Virus record (IMG/VR): IMGVR_UViG_3300002461_000167
Span: 1 to 44,459 of that record
Source of the DNA: a virus
Direction: 5' to 3' (one strand)
Length of the DNA: 44,459 nucleotides
The notes under the pieces were generated by a model, which saw nothing but the letters and a program-made list of their open reading frames with translations, searched no databases and had not been told where the DNA came from. Positions 8,004-15,955 of the stretch are shown piece after piece. The translations under genes were made by a program, and so were the position numbers. The number at the start of each line of letters is the position of its first letter. Position 1 is the first letter of the stretch.

Positions 8004-9152
8004 ATGACCGAACCGGTGCACAGCAAGCTCGGTGCCAGTGGTGCGTCCCGATGGATGGCGTGCCCCGGTTCGGTCGCTTTGACCGCTGCCTTGGGAAAGG
8101 GCGGCGACGACGAGTCCGAATTCGCCGCTGAAGGAACCGCCGCCCATGAAGTTGCCGCTGAATGTCTCCGCACTGTATCGGATGCATGGGAACACGTTGG
8201 ACGGACCTTCCATAACCATGTCCTCGATTATGACATGGCTGACCACGTGCAAACGTACATCAATGAATGCCGGCGCATATCTGTTGGCGCTGAAACGTGG
8301 ATTGAACACCGCATCACCTCCAATCTACATGCCGATTTGTTTGGCACGATGGACTTTGCCGCTCTAAGCGAATACAGCCTGAAGCTGCGGGACTTGAAGT
8401 TCGGCGCCGGGCTGACGGTCGAAGTGGAAGACAATGCACAGTTGAAGTATTACGCGTTCGGGATGCTACAGACCCCGGACCTATTCGACGGCGTGCGCTA
8501 TGTCGAGATTGGCATTGTGCAGCCGCGCAAGGATCATCCCAACGGCCCGGTGCGCGTGGTCACCCACACCGCCGAGGAAATCCACGAGTGGGGACACGGC
8601 GTTCTCATTCCGATGATGAAACGCACCGAGCGCGACCACACGTTGGACCCCGGCGAACATTGCCGCTTCTGTCCGGCGCGGTTCGTGTGCCCAGCGCTGC
8701 AAGGTATATTCCAGTACGCCAGCCAGACGCCGCCAACCTCGGTGCGCGAGCTGTCCGACACCATGCTTGGCCTTGCGTACCGCGCGACGGGGCCGGCCCG
8801 GATCTTTATCAACGCTATCGAGACGGAAGCGTTGTCGCGTTTAAATAACGGTAAGAAGGTGCCCGGCCTGAAGCTGGTAGACAAGCGCGCCGACCGGGTT
8901 TACCGTGACGGTGCAACCGACGTGCTGGTCAAGGCGTTCGGCAAGAAGGCATATACCGAGCCGGCCTTGCGCACGCCTGCGCAAATGGAAAAGCTCGGGC
9001 CGGAAGCCGTGGCACTGGTCAAGAAATGGGCGTACACGCCGAAGACGGGACAGACGGTCGCGAGCGACGAAGACCGCCGCGCCACCGTCACCCGCCAAAG
9101 CGGCAAAGAAGTGTGGAAGGGTGTAGTCAATGGTACAGACGACGAGTGGTGA
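8004..9152 (+). CDS. PD-(D/E)XK nuclease with a Cas4-like C-terminal cysteine cluster (recalled as DUF2800-type phage exonuclease).
   Basis: The N-terminus KLGASGASRWMACPGS matches my recollection of DUF2800. Cysteine cluster is CRFCPARFVCP. It sits next to an SSB-like gene and DNA polymerase, as in known phage replication modules. Start taken at ATG 8004. Confidence 0.7.
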   Translation: MTEPVHSKLGASGASRWMACPGSVALTAALGKGGDDESEFAAEGTAAHEVAAECLRTVSDAWEHVGRTFHNHVLDYDMADHVQTYINECRRISVGAETWIEHRITSNLHADLFGTMDFAALSEYSLKLRDLKFGAGLTVEVEDNAQLKYYAFGMLQTPDLFDGVRYVEIGIVQPRKDHPNGPVRVVTHTAEEIHEWGHGVLIPMMKRTERDHTLDPGEHCRFCPARFVCPALQGIFQYASQTPPTSVRELSDTMLGLAYRATGPARIFINAIETEALSRLNNGKKVPGLKLVDKRADRVYRDGATDVLVKAFGKKAYTEPALRTPAQMEKLGPEAVALVKKWAYTPKTGQTVASDEDRRATVTRQSGKEVWKGVVNGTDDEW

Positions 9153-9624
9153 TGATGGTTCCGATTGGCCGACACAGGCGCAGGTTCCGAACTTTTACGG
9201 CGCAGTTGGGCAAAATCAAGTTCGGTACACGCCGCCCTATGCTTTCTATCTCTACGATTCGCGCCAAGTCATCAAATCCATATCGCTCCACGAACTTGTT
9301 GTGGAATCGGCGGACGCTGTATTTAAGGCCGTGCTGGCAGCCTACGGCGAAGCGGAAATCGACCGGCTGCATTTAAATCGTTTCTTCGGAAGCCTGAACG
9401 TGCGCGCCATGCGCGGCGGGCGTTCCTACTCAATGCACAGTTGGGGTATCGCGCTGGACTTCGACGCGAACCGGAATCAACTGCGATGGGACCACACACG
9501 CGCCGCCTTTGCTCATGCTGATTATGAGAAGTGGTGGCAGTGTTGGGAAGCCGAGGGATGGACTTCCCTCGGTCGTGAACGGGATTACGACTGGATGCAT
9601 GTTCAGGCGGCGTATCTCGGTTAG
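9130..9624 (+). CDS. Peptidase M15 (VanY / L-alanyl-D-glutamate peptidase type) cell-wall hydrolase; probable endolysin.
   Basis: Zinc-ligand pattern SMHSWGIALDFD ... DYDWMHVQ (SxHxxGxAxD ... DxxH). Confidence 0.75.
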   Translation: MVQTTSGDDGSDWPTQAQVPNFYGAVGQNQVRYTPPYAFYLYDSRQVIKSISLHELVVESADAVFKAVLAAYGEAEIDRLHLNRFFGSLNVRAMRGGRSYSMHSWGIALDFDANRNQLRWDHTRAAFAHADYEKWWQCWEAEGWTSLGRERDYDWMHVQAAYLG

Positions 9625-9651
9625 AGCAACAGAGTGTAGAGAGATAGAGAC

Positions 9652-10317
9652 ATGGCGAACGAGCAAGAGAGATATGCGAGCACAGCGGCATTCCCGCTGA
9701 TCCGTCACGATCTGTTTAAGGCCAAGGCGTTCAAGCCGAAAGCCGGCGGCAAAGAGGGTGCGCCGAAGTTCCGCGCCACCTTCGTGATGGACCCTGCAAG
9801 CGATGACTTCAAGGCCATCGTGCGCACGGCAAAGAAGCTGGCCAAGGAAAAGTTCGGCGAACGGGGCGAAGATGATCCGCCGCTGAAGTGGCCCTGGACC
9901 AAAGTTGAGGTTGCCCAGCGCAAAGCCGAGAAGAACAAGCCGGGTTCCGGTGCGTTCCTCGATTGGGCAAAGGGCATGGTGCTAGTCGTCGCGTCAACCG
10001 GCGAAGACTACCCGCCCGAGCTTCTTGGCATCGAGAATGGCGATATCGTCACCTATGACGACGACGCCAAGAAGGCCAAGGCCAAGGGCAAATTCTACAA
10101 CGGCGTTGAATGCTTTTTCCAAGTCAATATCTCGGCGTTCGATGGCGGCAACGAAGGCGTGTGCTGCTATCTCGACAAGGTGTTGACGACAGGCAAGGGC
10201 ACGAAGCGCGGCGGTGCCGGCGGTGGCGCCTCGGGCAAAGAGGTGTTCAGCAAGTACGTCGGCAAGATCAGCGCCGAAGATCCCACGGACGGGATTGACG
10301 AAGACGAAGGTTACTGA
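9652..10317 (+). CDS. Single-stranded-DNA-binding protein (recalled as DUF2815 type) with an acidic tail ending DEDEGY.
   Basis: Position between the nuclease and the polymerase. FYNGVECFFQVNISAFDGGNEGVCCYLDKV resembles the DUF2815 C-terminal core. Gly-rich linker plus acidic aromatic terminus, like SSB tails. Confidence 0.6.
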   Translation: MANEQERYASTAAFPLIRHDLFKAKAFKPKAGGKEGAPKFRATFVMDPASDDFKAIVRTAKKLAKEKFGERGEDDPPLKWPWTKVEVAQRKAEKNKPGSGAFLDWAKGMVLVVASTGEDYPPELLGIENGDIVTYDDDAKKAKAKGKFYNGVECFFQVNISAFDGGNEGVCCYLDKVLTTGKGTKRGGAGGGASGKEVFSKYVGKISAEDPTDGIDEDEGY

Positions 10318-10361
10318 TAGGGTTGGTTTGTTCGATGCGTTCGGACATTCCTCCCTAGACT

Positions 10362-10400
10362 GGCGCCCCGCTTAACCCCTTGGGCGGGGCGCCCCCTTTT
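10362..10400 (+). terminator. Rho-independent terminator/attenuator downstream of the SSB gene.
   Basis: ggcgccccgc (10362-71) pairs with gcggggcgcc (10384-93). The stem can extend to about 14 bp around a CCCC loop and is followed by cccTTTTccc. Confidence 0.7.
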
Positions 10401-10413
10401 CCCGAGAGAACAC

Positions 10414-10743
10414 ATGCCGCGCGTTGCTATTCTGTTCGTCTCCATGTTCATTTACGCAATCATCTGCCTCATCATCGCGATGTTTGCCCCACACGCCCGA
10501 GCCCATAGCTGGTATCCCGTCGAGTGCTGTTTTAGCATGGACTGCGCCCCGGTCGACGTGACGCCCCGGCGCGACGGTGACCGCCTCCATGTCACCACCA
10601 AGCACGGCGAAGCCTGGACGGACGCCGAGACGAAAATTCACGAAGTGCCCGCCGCCCACGATGACGGCAAAGTTCATGCGTGCATCATCCAGCGCGACGG
10701 CAAGTCGAAAGTGCGCTGTGTATTCTTTCCGGGCGCGATGTGA
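10414..10743 (+). CDS. Small secreted cysteine-rich protein (signal peptide; HSWYPVECC motif)
   Basis: N-terminal hydrophobic segment VAILFVSMFIYAIICLIIAMFAPHARA followed by six Cys. GAGAG Shine-Dalgarno sequence upstream. Confidence 0.6.
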   Translation: MPRVAILFVSMFIYAIICLIIAMFAPHARAHSWYPVECCFSMDCAPVDVTPRRDGDRLHVTTKHGEAWTDAETKIHEVPAAHDDGKVHACIIQRDGKSKVRCVFFPGAM

Positions 10744-12698
10744 CGCGGCGCTACGTCCTAATCGACTTTGAGACACACAGCCTTGTGGATCTTCCCGAGG
10801 CTGGAGCGTGGCGCTACGCCGAAGACTGGTCAACCGTCATTCTGTGCCTCGGGTACGCCCTGCGCGGCGCCAACCGAGCCGAGCTATGGGTGCCGGGCGA
10901 CGACACATCCGAGTTGATGGCGCTCGCCGAAGACCCCGACGTTATTTTCATCGCCTTTAATGCCGGCTTCGAAAAAGCTATCTGGCGTCATCAAATGGTG
11001 CCGCTCGGGTTCCCGGACATCCCGAATAACCGTTGGCACGATATCCAAGCGGTGGCAGCCAAGAAGGGTTTGCCGTTGGACCTGGACACGTGCTTGCGTG
11101 TGCTCGGGCTACCGCCAAAGGATGCCGAAGGTTCGAAGCTCATTAAGCAAGTGAGCAATCAACGCGTGCCGCTCACCGCCGAGGTGCGGGAGAGAATTTA
11201 CACGTACTGCAAGACGGACATTGCGGTGGAGTGGGCGCTACACGAGCGCATCGGTTGGCTCACCAAAGAAGACCGCTTGTCGTGGCTGATCAATCAGGAC
11301 ATGAACGAACGCGGGTTGCGCCTCGACGCCAGCTATATCCGCGCCTGCCAAGTCATCGTCGATGGCGCCACGCCGGACCTACTCGCCCGGTTCCGGGCCA
11401 TCACCGGGTTGAAGCCGACACAGGCAATCAAGCTCAGAACGTGGTGTCACGAGAACGGCGCCCCGTTGCCGAACCTGTCCGCCGAGACGGTGGAGCCGGC
11501 CCTTGCCGATGGCGAGCTACCCGACAACGTGCATGAAGCCCTAGAGCTGCGGTCCCTTGTGGCGTCCGCCAGCGTCAAGAAGCTCGGGCGGATGCTCACG
11601 GTCATGCAAGAGGACGAACGGGCGCGTGGGGCCTGTCAGTGGCACGGCACGGTGCCGGGGCGCAGCGCGGGGCGGCTATTCCAGCCGTACAACTTCCCTC
11701 GGGGCACCACGAAGGTAGGCGGCGAGCCGCCCAAGCCGTGGGTGACGCGCGCCGCTATCGAGACGGGTGACCACGAGTTGGTGGGGCAACTAATCGGCCC
11801 GCCGGTCAAAACTGTCGTCTCGGGCCTGCGCCACTGCATCGTCGCCGAGCGCGGCAAGATCCTCGTGTCCGGGGACTATGCCGGTATCCAAGCGCGGGTG
11901 GTGCTCGCGCTCGCCGGCCAGCACGACAAGACCGAGGTGATGGCCGCCGGCCGTGACGTGTACATTGATATGGCCGAGACAATCTACAAGCGGAAGATCG
12001 ACAAGAAGCGCGACCCCTACGAACGGCAGATAGGAAAGTTCTCGGTGCTCGGTCTTGGCTTCGGCATGGGGCCACCGAAATTTAAACTGAAGTACGCCAA
12101 GAAAGATCCGCTCGACTTCTGCCAAACTGTGGTATCGGCTTACCGCAAAGAGTGGGCGCCCAAGGTGCCATTTCTGTGGTATGGGCTGGAGGATGCCGCC
12201 GCGCTCGCGGTGCACAATCCGGGCAAGTCCTACGAAGCGCACCACAAAACCCACGGCTTCAATATACACTATCAAATGGAAGACGTGTGGTTGACGTGCC
12301 GCTTGCCATCGGGCCGGAAGCTGTACTACTTTGGCGCTACGCCGGAATGGAGTAAAGTGCCTTGGGATGAAACCGAGGTGAAGCGTGCATTTAAATACCG
12401 GGCTGTGAAGTACGGCCACGTGCAAACCATCTTCCCGTTCGGCGGCTCACTGTGCGAAAACGTGGTGATGGGAATTGAAGTTGACATTCACCGCAAGGGT
12501 ATGCACAATCTACACAAGGCGCGGTGGCCGCTTGTGTTGGAGGTCTACGATGAAATCGTGGCCGAGATGCCAGACGGTGACCGCAAGCGCATGGAACACG
12601 AGTTCGAAGCGCTGATGTTAGATCAAGATCCGTGGGTGGCGGCAATGCGCATCCCGGTGGCGGTTGAATGTTGGTCCGGTGAGGAATACAGGAAATGA
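10740..12698 (+). CDS. Family A (Pol I-like) DNA polymerase with a 3'-5' exonuclease domain.
   Basis: Exo I LIDFETHS. Motif A-like SGDYAGIQARV, motif B-like RQIGKFSVLGLGFGMG, motif C-like VYDEIVAE. GTG 10740 overlaps the upstream stop (aTGTGA). Confidence 0.85.
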   Translation: MTRRYVLIDFETHSLVDLPEAGAWRYAEDWSTVILCLGYALRGANRAELWVPGDDTSELMALAEDPDVIFIAFNAGFEKAIWRHQMVPLGFPDIPNNRWHDIQAVAAKKGLPLDLDTCLRVLGLPPKDAEGSKLIKQVSNQRVPLTAEVRERIYTYCKTDIAVEWALHERIGWLTKEDRLSWLINQDMNERGLRLDASYIRACQVIVDGATPDLLARFRAITGLKPTQAIKLRTWCHENGAPLPNLSAETVEPALADGELPDNVHEALELRSLVASASVKKLGRMLTVMQEDERARGACQWHGTVPGRSAGRLFQPYNFPRGTTKVGGEPPKPWVTRAAIETGDHELVGQLIGPPVKTVVSGLRHCIVAERGKILVSGDYAGIQARVVLALAGQHDKTEVMAAGRDVYIDMAETIYKRKIDKKRDPYERQIGKFSVLGLGFGMGPPKFKLKYAKKDPLDFCQTVVSAYRKEWAPKVPFLWYGLEDAAALAVHNPGKSYEAHHKTHGFNIHYQMEDVWLTCRLPSGRKLYYFGATPEWSKVPWDETEVKRAFKYRAVKYGHVQTIFPFGGSLCENVVMGIEVDIHRKGMHNLHKARWPLVLEVYDEIVAEMPDGDRKRMEHEFEALMLDQDPWVAAMRIPVAVECWSGEEYRK

Positions 12699-13012
12699 AC
12701 AACGCATTTTCAATTCGAGATATAGCCGTGGGGGTCGGGGTCACACGGCAAGCGGCATGGAAAGCCGTCAATCGTGGGGACTATGGGCCTTCTGAGATAC
12801 GCGCGGGCGACCACTACATACCGGCGCGTCAAGTGGTGAAAGTTTTGGGCGGTGAAATCGCGGAACGCATGGCCGTCCAAAAGGTAAACCGAGCGCAGCT
12901 TGCACTTCGGGAAGCACAGGCACAACTAAAAAGTGCCAACGCGCTCTACGAAGAAATCGTAACACTGAGTGCAGCGCAGAACACAAAACGGGGTTGGTCG
13001 GACAATGAGTGA
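12695..13012 (+). CDS. Small HTH DNA-binding protein with a C-terminal coiled coil.
   Basis: ATGA overlap with the polymerase stop. IRDIAVGVGVTRQAAWKAVNRG is HTH-like. Confidence 0.6.
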   Translation: MNNAFSIRDIAVGVGVTRQAAWKAVNRGDYGPSEIRAGDHYIPARQVVKVLGGEIAERMAVQKVNRAQLALREAQAQLKSANALYEEIVTLSAAQNTKRGWSDNE

Positions 13013-13262
13013 CACCCAAAAACTCGGTAAGCTTGGCGAAGCCTTCGTAATGGCATCGGCCGATTGCGTATCACTAGCGGCGGAACTATACACCGCCACC
13101 AAGCGGGAAGACATGGCCCGTAGCGAACGCATCCGCGCGCTGAACGCCTTCAACGAAGCCAGCAAGAAGTTTGACGCGCTTGTCGTCGAAATTCGCAAGG
13201 CGGCGCCGCGTGACACGGATTGGAATAGCCCCAAGGGGCACCGGGTGGCAACCGATGAATGA
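13005..13262 (+). CDS. Hypothetical protein (85 aa)
   Basis: ATGA overlap with the upstream stop. Helical sequence with no recognised motif. Confidence 0.5.
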   Translation: MSDTQKLGKLGEAFVMASADCVSLAAELYTATKREDMARSERIRALNAFNEASKKFDALVVEIRKAAPRDTDWNSPKGHRVATDE

Positions 13263-13512
13263 CATCCCTTGGCTGCAAAACTGCGTCATGGCATTCGAGC
13301 GCGCGTGTCGGGCAGCCGGCGCCCGCCCGGATTTCACCGTGCGGCCGGACGAAGGGCTGCAATTTACATTGATTGACACCTTCAGGCGCGACCACCACTA
13401 TATCGTGACGTGGGATGAATTGGGGCTGGTCAAGTTGAACGGTTCCGAGTTCGGGGCGCAGATGTGCCACCGGATAATCAGCGGCGCGAAACTGCAAGGC
13501 AAGTTTGGCTGA
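13255..13512 (+). CDS. Hypothetical protein (85 aa)
   Basis: The ATG overlaps the upstream gene end. The stop overlaps the next ATG (cTGATGg). Confidence 0.5.
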   Translation: MNDIPWLQNCVMAFERACRAAGARPDFTVRPDEGLQFTLIDTFRRDHHYIVTWDELGLVKLNGSEFGAQMCHRIISGAKLQGKFG

Positions 13513-13829
13513 TGGTTCACAGTCGTAACAAAGGTAAGCGCGGCGAGCTGGAGCTTGCCGCGTTTCTGCGCGCCCACGGGTTCGAAGCCCGGCGCGGCCA
13601 GCAATTCAAGGGCGGGGGTGACAGTCCCGACGTGGTGTGCGATGATCTGCCTATGCACATCGAATGCAAGCGCGTCGAGGCTGGCAACATTTACACGTGG
13701 CTTGACCAAGCAACGCGCGATGCGCCCGCCGGCAAAACCCCGGTGGTGATGCACAAGAAGAACGGCCGGCCGTGGGTCGCCGTTCTCACCCTAGAAGACC
13801 TGTTAGAGTTGATTGGTGGAGGTTGGTAG
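13512..13829 (+). CDS. PD-(D/E)XK-fold endonuclease, Holliday-junction-resolvase-like.
   Basis: NKGKRGELELAAFL...SPDVVCDD...IECKR gives the D...E-x-K signature. Size about 105 aa. Confidence 0.6.
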   Translation: MVHSRNKGKRGELELAAFLRAHGFEARRGQQFKGGGDSPDVVCDDLPMHIECKRVEAGNIYTWLDQATRDAPAGKTPVVMHKKNGRPWVAVLTLEDLLELIGGGW

Positions 13830-13830
13830 C

Positions 13831-15063
13831 ATGTCGAATAAAGCGTCTCCGTTGTCGGAAGCTGAAATCATCGACCGGTTGAAGGTACTCAATGACACCG
13901 GAAGCGTGCGCGCGGCGGTAAAGGTGCTCGGCATCACGCGGTCGACCATGGACCACACCTTGACGGTGGCCAAGCGTATGGGGCTCACCGCCCTTTCCAA
14001 GCCGACCAATGAGACGGAACGGTGGAAGACCAAGGCGCTCACCGCACAGCGCGAGCTTCAATCTATCGAGCGCGACAATATCACCGCGAGCGAAGTCCGC
14101 CGTACCATCTATGGCCTGTCCGATGCAACGCCGGATGCGCCCGAGTGGATTGCCAAGCCGCCGAAGTCTGCCAAGTCGCCGGGCGTGCCCATGGCTATGT
14201 GGTCCGACTGGCACTATGGCGAACGTGTATTCAGCGATCAGACCGGCGGCGCCAATGAGTTCGACCGCAAGATTGCCAAGTCTCGTATCTCGCGGCTGGT
14301 CGACGCCACGATTGATCTGTGCTTCCATCACATGGTCAACCCGAAATACCCCGGCATCATCGTGTGCCTCGGCGGTGACATGATTTCCGGCGGCATCCAC
14401 GAAGAACTACGCGAGACGAACGATGGCCCTGTGCAAACCTCTTTGCTTGAAGTCCAAGAACAACTTATCATGGCGCTTACAGCCATGGCCGACAAGTTCG
14501 GGCGTGTATTCGTCCCGTGCGTGGTCGGGAACCACGGCCGCACGACACTCAAACCACGCGCCAAAAACAAGGTCTATGAAAGCTATGAGTGGAATCTATA
14601 CTGCCAACTTGAACGTCACTTTGCCGGAGACAAGCGGATACAGTTCGCTATCCCCGGCGAATCAGACGCACATTTCACTGTCCTTGGCCATAAATTCTGT
14701 CTCACCCACGGAGACTCACTTGGCGTTAAGGGCGGTGATGGAATTATTGGAGCGCTTGGGCCAATCGCCCGTGGAGCGATCAAAGTGGGCCGAAGCGCTG
14801 CGCACGCCGGGCGAGATTTCGATACACTCATCATGGGTCACTATCACACGTACATTCCAAGGGGCGAAGCCACGAACGTGATTGTCAACGGCGCGCTGAA
14901 GGGCTATGATGAATATGCACGGGTGATGCTGCGCGTACCGCCAAGCCGCCCGTCGCAAGCGCTGTGGTTCTGCCATCCCAAGTACGGTATCACCGCGCAG
15001 TGGCAAGTCTACCTCGACACGATGGCCGCCAAGGGCGGTGAATGGGTGAGCTGGAGCAAATGA
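13831..15063 (+). CDS. Calcineurin-like metallophosphoesterase with an N-terminal HTH-like domain.
   Basis: Motifs WSDWHYGE, GGDMISGG, VVGNHG, THGD and GHYH occur in canonical order. The N-terminus VKVLGITRSTMDHTL is HTH-like. Confidence 0.75.
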   Translation: MSNKASPLSEAEIIDRLKVLNDTGSVRAAVKVLGITRSTMDHTLTVAKRMGLTALSKPTNETERWKTKALTAQRELQSIERDNITASEVRRTIYGLSDATPDAPEWIAKPPKSAKSPGVPMAMWSDWHYGERVFSDQTGGANEFDRKIAKSRISRLVDATIDLCFHHMVNPKYPGIIVCLGGDMISGGIHEELRETNDGPVQTSLLEVQEQLIMALTAMADKFGRVFVPCVVGNHGRTTLKPRAKNKVYESYEWNLYCQLERHFAGDKRIQFAIPGESDAHFTVLGHKFCLTHGDSLGVKGGDGIIGALGPIARGAIKVGRSAAHAGRDFDTLIMGHYHTYIPRGEATNVIVNGALKGYDEYARVMLRVPPSRPSQALWFCHPKYGITAQWQVYLDTMAAKGGEWVSWSK

Positions 15064-15236
15064 CCCTTCTATTGCCCCGGATAGTAGCCGAAGAACTTGG
15101 TGTGAGACTCACCGAGTCGCGCCGCTATCCGGGGTTCTACGTGGTCCAGGTTGATTTGCGGCCGGTGAGCCACGGTGGCAAGGTCGACCAATGGGCACGA
15201 TTTAAACTAGAGGTCGCCAAGAAGGAAGATTGGTAA
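15042..15236 (+). CDS. Hypothetical small protein. An alternative ATG at 15060 is coupled to the upstream stop.
   Basis: ORF bridging the phosphoesterase and sulfotransferase genes. The start is ambiguous (15042 or 15060). Confidence 0.4.
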   Translation: MGELEQMTLLLPRIVAEELGVRLTESRRYPGFYVVQVDLRPVSHGGKVDQWARFKLEVAKKEDW

Positions 15237-15237
15237 C

Positions 15238-15918
15238 GTGATTATTCTGCCGAGCCTAAAGACGGTCGTTATTCTCATTCCGCGCACCGGTAGCGGTTCC
15301 CTGTATCGAGCCATCAAAGCCACGCACCCGGACGCCATGATGCTGTACCGGCACATGGAGGCGTATGGTTGCCCGCGTCCCTACCTGCGTTGGCAGCGCG
15401 TGGGTGTAGTGCGGCACCCGCTCATTCGCATGGTGAGCATGTACGATTACCTCAAAGACTACGGCGCCAGCGAAGCCACCGCGCACTTTGGCGTCGTGCG
15501 CGCCGCCGCGCTCCGTGAGAGTGTGAAGGTGCCGTTCAAAGAATGGTTCCTCAATAACAACGTCGTCTTCGGCCACCCGTGGGGCAACCGCGAGCCGGGC
15601 GAGTACCACCCAAAGCAAGCGGTGGAATTCGAAGTGCCCGAGAACCGCAAAAGCCAGTATGATTATTTGATCAGCGGCGTGGGCGAGCACGGCCTTGAAA
15701 TCTACAAGTTCGGCGAGTGGCAAATCCACGCCGATTTGACAAACCGTCTCAGGCTGCCGGCCGACACGTTCGATGGCCAGCGGAAGAACGCCAGCCGCGT
15801 GCGAACCGACCACTCGATTGAATCCCTACTCGGCGACCGCGAAATTCATGCCGCCCTGATGAAACATCACAGGTGGGATATGGACTACTTCGCCAAGCCG
15901 GACGGCACCACGCTCTAG
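15238..15918 (+). CDS. Sulfotransferase-family protein (PAPS-dependent, Sulfotransfer_2-like).
   Basis: 5'-PSB loop LIPRTGSGSL near the N-terminus (aa 13-22). 3'-PB motif VVRHPLIRMVSMYDY (aa 57-71). C-terminal RKNASR...HHRWDMDYF resembles the family end. GTG start. Confidence 0.65.
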   Translation: MIILPSLKTVVILIPRTGSGSLYRAIKATHPDAMMLYRHMEAYGCPRPYLRWQRVGVVRHPLIRMVSMYDYLKDYGASEATAHFGVVRAAALRESVKVPFKEWFLNNNVVFGHPWGNREPGEYHPKQAVEFEVPENRKSQYDYLISGVGEHGLEIYKFGEWQIHADLTNRLRLPADTFDGQRKNASRVRTDHSIESLLGDREIHAALMKHHRWDMDYFAKPDGTTL

Positions 15919-15955
15919 TTGCGAATGGTTCGCAACTGAATAATGGAGATACCGA

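Noticed and set aside
15918-15936. 8-bp hairpin GTTGCGAA-tgg-TTCGCAAC right after the sulfotransferase stop, as a terminator.
   Set aside because: No U-tract follows, and the next gene starts 20 nt later on the same strand. It may be a processing or stability element, but the evidence is insufficient.
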